Shown: piece by piece, positions 39,377-53,574 of the stretch
How positions within the stretch are numbered: the first letter of the stretch is position 1
Layout: each line of letters opens with the position of its first letter
Assembly: GCF_009914755.1 (NCBI RefSeq)
Contig: NC_060928.1
Reading direction: 5' to 3' (one strand)
Source of the DNA: the human T2T-CHM13v2.0 reference genome, Homo sapiens
DNA length: 64,000 nt
Translations under genes and position numbers: made by a program
Notes under the pieces: generated by a model
Told to the model about the DNA's origin: nothing
The model's input: the letters and a program-made list of their open reading frames with translations, nothing else
Database searches by the model: none

Positions 39377-39764
39377 TGATATAGTTTGGATGTTTGTCCC
39401 CTCCAAATCTCATGTTGAAATGTGATTCCCAATGTTGAAGGTGGGGCCTACTGGGAGGTGTTTGGGTCATGGGATGGATCATTCATGCATAGTTTGCTGC
39501 CCTCCCAGCAGTAAGGAATTCATGTGAGATCTGGTTGTTAGAAAGAGTCTGGGACCTCTCCACTTCTCTCTTGCTTCCTCTCTCACCTTGTGACATGCTT
39601 GCTCTCCCTGCTTCCACCATGATTTTAAGCTCCTGAGTCCTCACCAGAAGCAGATACTGGTGCCGTGCTTCCCGTACAGCCTGCAGAACTATGAACCAAA
39701 TAAACCTTTATAAATTACCCAGTCTCAGGTATTTCTTTAGAGCAACACAATACAGATTAACACA
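39377..39764 (+). mobile_element. MSTB-like MaLR LTR
   Basis: tgatatagtttggatgtttgtcccctccaaatctcatgttg ... cccagtctcaggtatttcttt...aacaca; TSD ccatc/ctatc. Confidence 0.9.
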
Positions 39765-42700
39765 CTATCTCATTCCTTACTCAGCACAATGTGCAAAGTG
39801 CCCAGTGTGGCTTGTAACTATCTGTCCTAAGCCCCAACACCCACACCTTCCCCTTTCTAACTGGACACCAGTCGCGCTGGCCTCCCTCAACATCAGGCAG
39901 CCTGCCTCTCGAGACCTTTGCACTGACTGCTCCCCATGCCTGGGGGCAGAGGGGTAAGCCCCAGACACCTCCACAGCTCCCTCACTCCCCAGGCCTTTCT
40001 CGACTGCCTGCCACTCGCTGACCGAGCAGCTCAGCTTTCCTTTGGTGCACTCACACCTGTCATCACTTACACGCATTTGCCCAATTCTTTCCTGAATGCT
40101 TGCCCATTAGAAGGTAAGCTCCATGGCAGCAGGAACTTGGGTCAGTTTGCTTCTGCTCTCCCCATGGTCTGGCACAGAGCCACCAGCCAATAATATTGTT
40201 GGGTCAATGGCTGAACAATACCTACCTTGAATGTTTATTGAAAAGCTTGAACAATAGAATTACTATACACATAGCACTAGTTGCAGTACGTGGTCAGTGA
40301 GTAGAAGCTTCCTCATTTCTTTCTATTGCATCCTCCCTTCCAGACTTACAATTAGAAGTTATTTGCAGGACATCAGTCACCCCTGGGTCCCCAGCTGACT
40401 GCACTAAACCCTCTGCCCTGCCTGCCAGCACCTGGCTCTGTCCTTGACTGAGCTTGTTGTTTGCATTTATCTTGTGTTAGCTTAGCTGTGTCCCTAGGGA
40501 AGGAGATGTTGGGGGGATGGGGGAGTGGCAGGGCTGGGGGTGTGCAGTTACTGTACAGTGCGTTGGGATGGTTGGGAAGCTGGTGCCTCTCAGATCCAGT
40601 CATTGCTCTGGTTCCTCTGGACCCTGTGTGATCAGAACCTAGAGGTGGTCATCACACCCATGTGACACCAACTGCATGCCAGAGCACGTAATGAATCAGG
40701 ACCATTGTGCAGGGACAGAAAAAACAAAGCCTTCCTTGAGCCTTGACTAACAGGTTCTTCTCCACTGACCCCAGCACAAATAGACTGTGCTCATCTGGAT
40801 GTCTCTGGCAGTGTGGACTTGGGATCATGCACAGAAACCTACTTTCCTCCCCACTTCCTATAGCATGGCTTGAGATTCCCAGAGTTAGCAAGGCTGTTTG
40901 TAGTAGAAAGGCCCAGATGACCATCTGAGAGGGCTTTCTCCTCATTCTTTCTTTACGTACAACTCACATTGACTCAAATAATAAATGGAGACATTTGCAA
41001 GCTTCTTTGAGAAGGCAGCATTGCAAACTGTCAAGGAGTCTGATACCTAGTTCAAGATGTTTAACCTGAGAGGCTCCTGGATCGCTAAGGGATTTGGATG
41101 TGGGCCCTGAACTTGTATGCAAAGCGTGGGTCTATTGTGGATATTTGTGGAAAGAGGGTCTGCTGCTTTTCTCAGATTCTGAGAACCAACCTGTGAAAAC
41201 GTCTGGCCTAGAGATGAGAAATGACTCACCTGACTCACAGCATCACTGGCCGCCCAGCCTCCACCTCCATGTCTGCTGCTATCCACAACCTGTGTCTGTG
41301 AGGTCGTTGGCACTGTTGAGAACAAATGATGAGCAAATAAATAACAGCAAAGCCAAGGACTATGAAAACCAAGCTTAGGGAAAAGAAAATACATCAACAC
41401 GTTAACCATGATTGCCTCTATGAGCAGTGGGGCAAAAATCTTTTTCTTTTTTCTTCTCTATTTAATTTTTGTGTATTTTCCAGATTTTCTATGAAAAAAC
41501 ATTTAAATTTAATTATCATCAAGAGGAAAACTTTAAGAAAAACAAATAACTGTAAATATATAAATGTAGCTCCATCCAGCCCTTCTTTATATAGTTTTTT
41601 AGGGTTTTTAAAAGGGTTGCTATTGTTCAAAGTTTATAGGTTAGATATTTTGGGAATCAGCTTTTCTGGGGAAAAAAAGCATGAAAGTTTTAGAATGCAT
41701 TCATTTTCTCTCTGGAAGCATTTAGTTGAAGAAGGAGTTAGTGGACATGCTTTAAAGGACAATTTTCATGCTCTGATATATTCTATTAAACGGCAAGCTG
41801 CATCCATTGGAAAGATGCCTTTTTACGATTAGTTTTGATATGGCAAAGATTTTGGTTCACTTAACTATTGTAAAGTTTTACTCCTTTAGGGACCAAGCTA
41901 AATTCAGTGAGCTACATTTGCCCTGAGATACCACACCAGGGTAGCCCTCTATTTTTCTACATTTTAGCTTCAATGGAGGTTTTCAAATATGAATTCTAAA
42001 CTGTTGCTTCAGCTGATGAACTCAAAGTGACAGCTATTAAACTCACTATTTATAAGATTTCCTAGAATAAATTTAATCGTCATAGGAATACTTGCAGTCA
42101 GCTGTCACTGTTGCTATAAATACCTCTCTTGCCTTCTCAAGTCCCAAGTGAGCCAACACTAGCTCTGGCCTCAAGACAAAAAGTTAACTAGGTATCACTA
42201 ATTTATGTGACCTCACCGTAGTCAATTGTTTTGATTCACCTGGGGTAGTTCTCTGTGTAGTTTAGACTCTCTCCACACAAAAAGACTATATAAAAGTATT
42301 CTCATCCTCATGGAGAAAGGACACATGGCTTCTATTTACCCTTTGGCATGTTAAAACCAGGCTTCCAAATCTATGCCTGATGTGTAGCTATGCTGTCTAC
42401 TAGAATCCCATCTTGAATCTGTAGGGATAAAAATAATTTTAATGAGTATAAGCCATTTTGTCTTTAAATATATAAATCTGACTTCAAACCCTGGTTCTGC
42501 CTGTCAGTAGCCGTGTAACCCTGGGCAGCTCACATAACTTCTCTGACCATCCTCTGCAAAACAGGGATGGTAATACACTTCAGTAAGATTGCTGGGAGGG
42601 TTTTTGGAAATAAAGTATATTATCGCATTATTACCACAGTGTATAGCATACAGCACACATTCAAATTCATTTCATTTTCCCCACCTAATTCTCAGAGAAT

Positions 42701-42798
42701 AATGTCAATTTTATTCAATTAAGCAAACATTAATTGGGCATTTGTTATGTGCAAATTACTAGAGATACCAGCACTTCATTCATGCCTGTAAGAATCCT

Positions 42799-43122
42799 AG
42801 CCAGGTGCTGTGGCTTGCACCTGTAATCCCAGGGAGGCTGAGGCGGGAGGCTCGTTTGAGGCCAGGAGTTCAAGACAAGCCTGGGCAACATATGGAGACC
42901 TTGTCTCTGTTAAAAAAATAAGAAAAAACTTAGACAGGCTTGTGCCTGTAGTCCCAGCTACTCAGGAGGCTGAGTAGGGATGATGCTGGAGCCCATAATT
43001 TGAGACTGCAGTGAGCTGTGATCATGCCCCACTTTACTCCAGCCTGGGTGACAGAGTGACAGAGTGAGACCCTGTCTCAAAAAAAGAAAACAAAAGCAAA
43101 AACAAACAAACAAACCAAAAAA
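42799..43122 (+). mobile_element. AluJ
   Basis: Dimeric, diverged Alu with an A/C-rich tail. Confidence 0.88.
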
Positions 43123-43607
43123 CCTCCCTATCTTCCAGGGAGGATAGAGCCTTTGTCCTTTTTTATGTCTTAATTACATCAGATTGTAAAAATGCCTTAA
43201 TCAAACTATCAAGAAAAGGTTCTGGGATCCAAGGAAAAGGAATATTAGTTTCACCTGGTATGATTTTACAAACAAGGTTACAGAGCCTTCAGTTAGCCCT
43301 TGAAGGATGAATAAGTTCTGGCCTTAAAGAGGAGTAAGATTTTGGAAAGCTGAGAATGAAGAGGGAACAGTAAGATGCAACAGCAAGAGCACAGCAAGGA
43401 AGAATAAATGTATGGAGTGGAGTCAAAGAATCCTCTGAAGGGACAGATCTTGGGAGAAATGAGCAAGTAACAGAAAGATAGCGGGACAGATAGGAGAAAG
43501 GGCCAGGTGGAAATAATCGTGGCTTTTCACCATTGCATCTGGAGTGTCCCCACTTCTTGACGCAAAAGTCTTAGAACTGTAGTAGAAGCTAAGTTGACAC
43601 CTGTTGT

Positions 43608-44030
43608 CTTCATTCACTCAACAAATATTGATTGAAACTTCTATGTGACAGGTCCTATTTGAGGTGCTTGGAAGTCAACAGTGGTCAAGACACAGTTCCT
43701 GTTGTCATGGTGCTTACACTCCACTGTGGCAAACAGACAATAAAGAGAGAAACAAATAAACATACTGTAGAATATAATTGTAGGAAATTAGTGTTGTGTA
43801 GTAAGAGAATGTGTAAGGGATAGGTAAGAGTTGTTCTTTTCCATGGGGTGGTCAGAGACCTCTCTCTCAGATATTTGAGAGGACTTGAGTAAAGTGAATA
43901 CCCAAGGGAAGCACGTTCCAGGCAAAGTACAGTGCAAAGGCTGGGAAAAAGGGGCCGGCTTCATGTGCTCAGGCAACAGCAAAGATGCCTGGATGGGTCC
44001 AACGCAGGGCTAGGAAATGAGACCAAAGAG
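43608..44030 (-). mobile_element. L2 3' fragment
   Basis: ttcattcactcaacaaatattgattga ... gttccaggcaaagtacagtgcaaagg. Confidence 0.65.
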
Positions 44031-45900
44031 ATATGGAAGAGCACTGATAAGGTTTCCCAACCCCAAGTTCTGTAACCCACTCTCTGCTCCTGCTCTGACT
44101 CTTGGAGTCTGGAGTTTAAACCTAGGCTTTCTGGGACAGATTCTCTTGGCTCCCTGCTGGCTCCCTCTGTCCTTACAAACACCCCTGACCCTCGGCACAC
44201 AATCCTTGACCAGTCTTTGGGCAGAAAACCCACTGAGAAGGGCTTCAGTCACTGGGGTGGCTCTGCCTCCCTCACTGGCATCCTGATCAAATGCTCCCCT
44301 CGATTCTCCAAGGTTGGCAGCAGCCAGGGAGATTCTCCACCATGGGAGGGCCTTTCCCTCGGGGACCTCACTAGTGTCATCGTATCCCTGGCATGGCGAG
44401 GCTTGCCTGTTCTTTAAACTCTGATCTATACCTGAACACAGACTCTTCCCTCAATTTGCCCCAACCCAAATGAGATCAAACCCGATTGTTTAGCAAGATT
44501 TTACAGAAGACCTAAACATAAACAGAGTAACTGACAACTGCCCACTGCTGCCCACGGCTGCTCTCAGAACCTCAAGGCTGCCCATAGCTGTCCCCTGCCT
44601 GGCTCAGCCTTCTCCAGGGCCGTGGCCACCGCCTCCATCACCCCCATCACCTGGCACCCCTCCTCTCTATGCCTGGGAACTCCTGGGGTCCAGATCCACG
44701 AGAAAGGAGCCCACAGAGAAGAAAGCAGCAACTTCTACCAGCCTAAGGCCCACCTCCAAGCTACTTCCTGTCCCAGCATTCTACCCTTCCTGCCTGATTG
44801 ACACTGGGAACAGCCACTCTCTGGGGAGACACTGCCCAGCACCCTGGAAGCTTGGAATCCCCCTCAGTCTCATCAGAGCATCAGAGCAGTGTCCTCTCAG
44901 GGTCATTCCTGAGATCACAGATATCCCCACAGGAGGGTTTCTCATGGCCCCATTTGGTGCACTTGGATTTGGTCTGTCCCTGCCCTGAGCTGCTTAGGGT
45001 GGGAACTTTCACCTGGTCTGGCCCCTCAAACATCAGCTCAGCTCATCAGCACCACGCAGCACTGAGAGTCAGGAGCCTGGCAAGGCAGCCTTCCTGCCCA
45101 CACTCTGCCAGGACAGATGCTGCATCTTTGGGAGGCAGCTTTGGGGCAGAGTGGACTCACAGAGGGTTTCTTGAAGACCTGCTCAACTCAGGGTGGGGAC
45201 ATGGTTCCTTTTACCCATCGGGATCTGGCTGAGGAACTCTGACCCTATTTACAAGACAGATTCTAAAGTCAGTGGTGCAGAGTAGTGCAAATTCAAGTGG
45301 GATATGAAGGGAATGGAGCCTGAATGAGTTGCCAGGAGAACAGAGACAGAGAGAGGTCATACTGCATTACATAGTTGTATACACCAATATTGAGTATATG
45401 TAAACTTGGTAAAGAAGATACAAGAGCAAACTTTAATTCAGACATAGAGGCTGTGATTAATTCTGATTTCCAAGATGAAGGGCCATTGCTGAGGAATGGA
45501 GGTGGGGGGTTGAAATGCAGATTGGCTGACTCTGGGCCTGGGAGTTTGGTTACTTCAACAGACTGCTTGTGAAATGAAGAGGTCTGAAGCATGAGGAAGA
45601 GAAAACAGGGTCTGGAAGAATTCACCCAGCCGGGGTGCCCTATGACATTTTATGCTGAGTTGGGACCACTATGACATTTTATGCTGAGTTTACAGCACAT
45701 GTCCCTCCCAGAGTGTACAGTGGAATCATCTGCAGTAGGGTAGGGAGTCACCCAGCAAAAATCCTATGTGAGTTGCTTCTATAACCCAGGCAAGATGAGG
45801 ACAAAAAATGTCCCCGAAAGGAAGCCTCCCTTTCCTCTAGGAGAGTGACATTTATGAATGCTTACCCATCCCCGATTTCCTGTCATCATTGCAGCTACCC

Positions 45901-47052
45901 TGTTACGGGCTAACTGGTGTGCCCCAAAACACTCATACATTGAAGTCCCAATCCCCAGTACCAGAGAATGTGACCTTATTTGGAGACAGGGTGTTTATAG
46001 AGGTAATTTGTTTAGTTAAAATGAACTCATTATGGTGAACCCTAATCCATTATGGCTAGTGTCTTTTTAAAAAGGGAAAATTTGGACACAGAGACAGACA
46101 TGCAAAGAAGGAAGACAATGTGAAGAGACACAGGGAGAAGGCCACCTACAAGCCAAGGAGAGAGGCCTGGGACACATCCTCCCTCAGAGCCCTCAGAAGG
46201 AACTGTTGCAATCTAATCACTCCTTAGTTCAGCTAGGTCCAAGTTCTTGACATGCAACCAAGAAGAGTAAGGCACGTGGCCACCAGAGAGTGAGTAGAGC
46301 GGAACAGAGTTTTATTAAGCAACAGAAAATATCTCAGCAATGAGAGACAATCCAAGGAGAGTTAACAAAAATGGGGATGAGTTCCGGGTCTTTATGTGGC
46401 AAAGACAAGGAAGTCTTCTGTGGGTTCTGCCCACGTGGGAGGGGTAAAGTTCCCCCTTGGGGATGTTGCATCTGTGCAGGCCAAGATGAGAACATTTTTA
46501 TTGTCCTCATCTTTCCTGGGTGGTAGAAGCAACTCATGAAGGATTTTTGCTGGGTGGCTCCCTACCCTATTGCAGGTTATCCCACCATACATTCTATGAG
46601 GGGTTGGCCATAGTGACTTCATCTTGGTTATCACTCATGAGTGCCTAAGTGAAACATACATCGGGGAGAAGGGAGGGGGAGGGCTAAAACACAATGCTAA
46701 TGGCATGTCAATGACATTATAATGAGCTGGGTTAAGTTAAGGACTTTTAGGTTAATTCATTGCGCCTGCACCTAGGTTGGCACAGTCCCTTCTGAGCAAC
46801 ATCCTGGCATTAGAGGAAATTCTTAACCACATTTCTTTCCACCAGCAACAGGGGTAGCGCAGGCGCTGTCCCACGGGTATTTTTCCACTCCTGAGACCTG
46901 CCCTCTCTATCTGGCTAACCAGCCTCTAACTGCCTTCTCTCTCAGAACCAACCCTGCAACATCTTGATCTCAGACTTCTGGGACAATACATACCTTGTTT
47001 AAGCTACTTGGTCTGTGGTACTTTGTTACAGCAGCCCTCAAAAACGAATCCA
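45901..47052 (+). mobile_element. MLT1 (MLT1B-like) LTR split by an ERV1 LTR
   Basis: tgttacgggc...gaatgtgaccttatttggagacaggg...ccctcagaaggaac [insert] caaccctgcaacatcttgatctcagacttc...ctttgttacagcagccct. Confidence 0.88.
46204..46944 (-). mobile_element. ERV1-class solo LTR (family not assigned), 741 bp
   Basis: TG...CA termini; 4-bp TSD gaac (46200-46203, 46945-46948); minus-strand AATAAA near 46311-46316. Confidence 0.82.
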
Positions 47053-48534
47053 CACTCTGTGAGAGAGGAGTTATTATCTGTTTTGCGGATGAGGACACTG
47101 AGGCTCAGAGAGGTTGGATGTTCCCCTCAAAGGCCCTCATATCCAGTAAGAGGCAGGGATTTTGGCTTCCATGAAATTTTCCACTGCACTGAGCTGCTCC
47201 TCTCGAGGCAGTGAGAGGTTTGGGGTCCCTGGGGTTTTCCCACACCTGGCACAGGCTGCACTCTCGCGCTGTAAACAGAGAAGGCTCTGTAATTAGGATT
47301 ATTCTCCACTCTTCTGTGGTTAGGTAACAATGCTGCCAATTATCTCCCTGGTGCTTACATGGGACAGAGCACCTGCCTCTCTGAGGGGGTGCCAGGATCC
47401 CATTCCTGGCAGCCAAGAGGATGAAAGGCCCAGCAGTGTGTTTCCTTGTTTACACTGCAAAGCTGAGGAAAGCCTTGGTTGTGAGGCACCAGCTCTTTCA
47501 ACCCGAGGAGCCCTTCACCCACCTCAGCCTCTCACACCTCTGGGAGCCAGAGGCTGGGCTTTTATTTCCCCCTTTCACAGACAAGGAAACCCAAGCTCAA
47601 GGAAGCAGAAAAACTCACCCAAAGTCCCCCAGCTAGTTACTGGCAGAGCTGAGAGGCAAACACAACCTTCTGTTGTCTCTCCATAGAATTCATCTAGTAA
47701 CCATTACTGAGCACTTGCTGTTTGCACTGAGGAAGGCGTGGAAGGATGTAATCATGAACCAGCCTTTCTACACCATCTGGAGGTGTCTCCTCTGAGTGTC
47801 CTTAAGGCTGCCTTACCAATTTGGTTTCTCAAAAGTGTTGAAACGGAATCAGGGTGCTCCTATGTCAGATGCCCCAAGACCCACATGCCCTGAGGCTACA
47901 AGGCAGGTCTGATGCGACCACAGTACCTTGCCAGCTTGTGCGGAACAGGCTTTTCCCAAGAGGCAGCAAAGCGAGGAGAAAATTCCAGGTCAGAAGATTG
48001 CTCCGGACATCCAGGTTCTATTCCCTATTTCAATTTCAATAATGCCGTGAGAGCAGCTTTCCAATTTTTTGCTCAGTGAGGGTCGGGGGTAGCAGGTTTG
48101 AAAGATGGAGGCGGTTTAAGGGGGGAAATGATTCACCTTTAATGTCCACATTACAGGTAAAGAATTTAATGATTATGTTCAGAAACAGGCACATTTATTC
48201 ATTCCCCCATCCTGCTGGGCCCTGAAGGGACTGTTGCCAGGATGAAGACAGGATTCTGGGCTCTGAGCCATCAGTGGAGTGGAGGATGGAGGTAAAAGGC
48301 AGGCCCAAGAAAAGGGCTGCAAGGCGCCAAGGGACCTGATGAGTGCCTCCTCCTCCTCAGGGGTTGTGGGACCACAGACGGAGGGTCCGGCCCCTCCCAG
48401 AGGGTCAGGGAAAGCTTCAGCAGGGGAAGTTCTCAAATGAACCTTCTCCCTGGAGGAGGATGAAAAGGAAAGTTACTTCCAGTGCATCAAGTCACTGAAT
48501 AGGAATTAGCTACCTGCATGACCCCACCCCCCTC

Positions 48535-48810
48535 TCTTTTTATTTTTATTTTTTTTACATTGAGGTGAAATTCACATAACAAAAAATTAACCATTTAGAA
48601 GTGAACAATTCAGCGGCATTTGGCATTTTCACAGTGTCGTGCAACCACCACCAGTATCTAGTTGCAAACTTTTCATCCTCCCAAAAGGAAACCTGTTCCC
48701 CTCAAGCAGTTGCTTCCCATTCCCCCGCCAATCCCTTGACAATCACCAGTCCGCCTTCTGCCTCTATGGATTTACCTCTCCTGGGTATTTCAAATAAATG
48801 GAATCATTCA
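48535..48810 (-). mobile_element. L1MB-type 3' end
   Basis: ttttttacattgaggtgaaattcacataac...gtgaacaattcagcggcattt...tctatggatttacct. Confidence 0.8.
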
Positions 48811-51800
48811 ACACCCCCTTCTTAACAGCATGCAGAGCATCAGGCTAAGGGCTGGATTGGGGTTTCTGTTTTTGTATATTTCAACCACTGTTGAGACCAT
48901 TTTGTGTGTGAAAATCAAAGTTACACATTCTGTGGTAGAAAACCTGGAAATGGAGAAAAGTCCAAAGATGAAACTTAAAATGACAAATTTCACTCTGTTA
49001 TTACCTTATTTATAGAAAGATAGATAGAGCATATTAACTATGCTAATACCTCAGAGACACACCTTCCATTTTCCCCCTTGCGCAAAGGTGGATGGGCAAA
49101 TAGGCTGCTGTGTGCCCTGGACTGGTTTCTTAAACTCTCTGTATCTCATTCCCTCACCTGTAAAATGACGATGTGAATTGTACCCACTTCATGGGTTTAT
49201 TGGGAGGATAGAATGGGTGAAAATGGTGTGAGCCACAGAGCAGTGCAGCACACATCAGTTATCATGTTTTTCTGTGCAACTCAATGACACGAGGCTTGTT
49301 ATATCTCCAGAGGAAGAAATTGAGGAGTCAGGAAGGTGTGAAGTAACTTGCCAAATGACAAAAGAAAGCAAAAATTCTTTTCTGAGTACCTCTATGTGCT
49401 AGGTCATTATTGTTGGCCCATTTACCAGAGAGGGAAATTGAGGCACTGAGAGGTTGAGAGTGTCCCAAGTCACTCAGCTGTTTCAGGGCAGAGCTGATTG
49501 ACATGGCAGGCTTTGTATGTTCCTCCATCCCGCCCCACTGCCTTTTCCTGTGTGACAATGCCCCTTGTCTGTGACTAAGAGTCACCCGGCCAGGGCCTCT
49601 CACCTCTGGGTGGTTCCAAGCATCTGCTTCTGCCTTCCTGCTTGCCCAAGGTTGCTGTTTACCTCTTCTCTGGCTTCTCACTGTGGTCATCTCCCGGCTA
49701 TAACTGCAGGCACTCTTGCAGTGCTTCCAGGAAGCAGAGGCAGGGGCCAGCTCTGTGGAAACAGGTGTGTTGGTCCCTGAGTTTCTGTCCTCAGAGTGTT
49801 TCAGGCACTGCTCTGAAGCTTCACAGGGCCCTCAGGCGATCCCAGGCCAAGAGACACTGTCAGTGTCAGATACTGAGCCTGCCCTTCCAGAAACCTCTCA
49901 TATAAGCCTCTCAACTCTGCCCTGGGAGAAGGGTTAGGCCCTCAGAAATACAGGAAAAAAGCCTCGAGGCCTTGTTGAGCAAGGAAGACACTGTCTATCT
50001 CAGGTCTGGCTTCTCATCCAGAGATGCCAAGAGCTCAGGGTGGTTGGTATTTGGTCCTGTAACCAAAACAATGTGATCAGCCTGTAGGGCATTCCCCGAG
50101 ATTCCACAGGAGGGCCACGAGACTGCAGCATTTTCCCAGGATGCTAATTAAAAACACGGAGACCAACATAGCATCATAAATAATTCAACTTGGAGAGCCC
50201 CAGGGACCCAGGGTCCATGCTATTGCTCAAATCCCTCCAGAGCAGGCTGGTTCTTGCAGTTCTTCATCTTTCTAAAGAGCTTTTGGAGATGAGGGCACTT
50301 CCTGGTAGGCAGCTGCTTCCCAGTCCCTGGGAACCCCAGGACTAGAGGCCCATATAGCTGCCTGGGTCCCGGCATCCCCAGGGACATGAGAACGTTCACT
50401 GACTAAGCCCACCCTGGTGGCACCGCCAGCTTGGCCTGTAACTTGTCAAGTGGGAGTTGAGTCTGGAGGCAAAATTCCCTCTCCTCAGTGAAATTTCACA
50501 GCATCCACTTGGCATGATATTGGGCAGGCCATCTGCTTTCTGAGCTCCCAGCAGGTCCACAGGTAAATCCTGTATGAGACCAGCTTCCTGTTGTCATCTA
50601 TGATCTTCTGGGACTCAGCTGGCATTGCTGGTGGGCTGCACGCCCTGTTACCCCCATCAGCTGAAACTGTTAAGTTGCCATTGCATCTGCCTGAGATCAT
50701 GGTTTTGAGAGGTAGTGGAAACAGGTGTCAGGATAGACCTTAGTACTGTTTGTTCTGCATTCTCTAGCATCATCATCTTCACCTTTGTCCAAGGTAAACA
50801 TTTACTGAGTACCATTCTGCTCAATAAGCTGAGCCCTTTATAAGCAAAATAGCATTTCATCCTCCCCCACACTCATGAGGTATATGCTGTCATGATCCCC
50901 ATCTCACAGAGACCCACTGGGGTTCACAGAGCTTAAATGCACTGCCCAAAGTCACACCTGGTTGGTTAGTAGCGGGCCAGGGGTCAAGATCAGGCAGGCC
51001 GACTCCAAAGCCCACAGTCCTGACAAAGGCTGCTAAGATCTACCAGTCATGGGATGGTCTGTAGGATTAATAATCTGTGGTAGGAAGAAGAAGATATATA
51101 CAGACTGTGAGGATGAGACAGGATGTTTAGTTCCAAAGCAAAAACCTTCTCAACTAAAAAGAAGAATATGAAGGAGGAACGGCAGATAACAGCAGAAACC
51201 ATGGGGAGACTGACAACAGGGCTCAGCTTCCCAGTGTGAGAGCTTCTTAACTGTAGACGGGTCAAGGGGTGACTTTGATGCACACTCGATGTGCTCACCT
51301 GGGTCCCCTCTTCTGCCTCTTCCTCCCCTCAAACTAGATATAAGGTAGATCCCTGGTATCTATAATTTAACAAGCCATGTATTAACCTGCCATTTTCCTG
51401 AGCTAAGAATTTGAATGACAAACAATGATGGGTGAAATCAGCCTCCCAATCAAAATAGTTTTATGTCATATAACCTAAAAGTTTAACAGTACACAAATAC
51501 TGACTCCTTTCCTTTTCAGATGCTTGCCTAAACTTTTCCCTTGTTTATTGTTTATCTCTGTTTTCAAAATGTACATCTCTTTTCCGATATATACTTTACC
51601 CTGTTTACTATTATTCCATCTGATTTCAATGTATATACTTATGATGCTTGTCAAACATGCATTGCATGCTTATTTACTTGTAAGCACCAGGACCTGCCTC
51701 CAGATGTATCTCAAAACACAAAACAAGAAACTTTCTGGAAAGGTGCATGTGTAGGGTGGGTGGAATCCTGAGTTTCACTCATGTATAAAACAGAACCTAC

Positions 51801-53521
51801 AACCTGAGAGGACCAGTCACTTGCCTTCTGGCTGCTGGATAAAAAGCCCACACTTCTTCCAGCATGCACAATTTTTGTGCGACAGCTAAAGTGTTATCTC
51901 AAAACATTTTATGTCAGCGATTGTTCCACAATAACTCCATGGGGCTATTGTACAGAGTCATTGACAAGTGAATGTGCTGAGCTGCCTGCCCAGCGCCCAC
52001 ATCTCGACTTAGGTGCTTATTCCTTAGCATGCTTGTTGTCACTGATGTGAAATATACTTGGTGCATTTTAGAGGAAATGTACATGCTGTAGTGGTATTCA
52101 TGAATTTAGGAATTACAGATACTTCGGAAGCTATCCCTTGAGATGTCAGGTATCCACTAGGTGATGAGATAACTGGCATATGTAGAATTACTATTCTGTG
52201 CCAAATCGATAAGGAAACCCTGTTGGTGTTATGGGTATGGCCTTGACAATGGAGAAGATTTGGAGCTCCCACACCAGGTAGACCTGTGAAACATGTGATG
52301 TTTCCTGCGGCCTCTGAGAGGAGTGAACCCCTGCCCACCCAATCCCCTTCCTAGACCTTTCTGAGCCAACAAAAAAACTCACCTGAAACACCTTGAAACA
52401 TCTGTTATTCGTGACCCACGACGCTGGTGCTGGTCCAGGCCTCAAACTTTGAGTAGCTGTGGCTCAAACTAATTTTAGTTGCATGCTTTATTACTTGCAT
52501 CCAAAAGCATCCTATCCAATCAGTGCTTTTGGTGGGTATGTGACAAAGAATATTTTTACTTTATATTTACAAAGCTCTGATACAAATATTAGTTCACTTG
52601 ATCCTCACAACAGAACTAGGAGGTAGCCTATTTTGCAGAAGAGCAAACTAAGACTTAGAGAATTGCATTTGTCAGAATACTTCTTCTTGCAAGTGACAGA
52701 TAACTAACTCCAAAGAAATTTAAACACAAAAGAGAAGCTGACTTAGGTATCCAGAAAGAATAGGGGCAAGCCTCTGGCACAGCTGCATCCAGTGACTCAA
52801 GTTATTTTTCTAGGGCTTTGTTAATTTTATTCTTCTCTACTACCGACCAGCTTTCTTCAAGAAGTAGAGAACCTGACCATTAGCAACCCAAGGCTGCTAT
52901 CTCGTCCTATAGGATTCAGACTCCAGAGGAGAGTATTTTCACCTGCCCAGTGTCCACATACAAAACCCCTTGAACCATTTACAGAGGGTAAGAATGGATT
53001 GGACACAGTGTGAATGATTTGGAAAGGCCCTTGATAGACAGGCATGAGATTACGTGGCTTACATTAAGGTGGAAGAGGGGGAGGTTATAGAAAGCAGTTG
53101 GATGTGCGTAAGTTGGGATATTTTCATGTAAATATATTTTAAAATCAGAAGAAAAATACTTTATCAGAATTCTTATTGCAGGGTCTGAGCCAGAAAATGG
53201 GATCCCCGTGGCTGTAGCACTTATTTGATCCTACAGCTTGTAAATGTACATTATTACCTCCTCCACCAGATTACAGGGACACTGACAACAGGAAACATTT
53301 CTTTCATGTATTCATTTACTGAACAAATATTTGTTGCCCTGCTGTGGGCCTGGCTCAGGGAATGTCACTGATAAGGCTGAGTCTGTTTTGATTAGGAGGT
53401 CTTATCTGAACAGCTGGCCTTTCTGTGTGCCTGGTGTCCTAGGAGAGGCAGCCTTATAGCTGAAAGAACCACTTCATCACATTCTCCTAAAATAGAAATG
53501 TATGTGATCACAGTTTTGCTA

Positions 53522-53525
<4 letters not shown>

Positions 53526-53573
<48 letters not shown>
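53526..53573 (+). repeat. (CA)24 microsatellite
   Basis: Read directly. Confidence 0.97.

Positions 53574-53574
<1 letters not shown>

Noticed and set aside
41362-41832. 156-aa ORF in an AT-rich region
   Set aside because: No recognisable domain or exon structure; overlaps degraded L1-like 3' sequence
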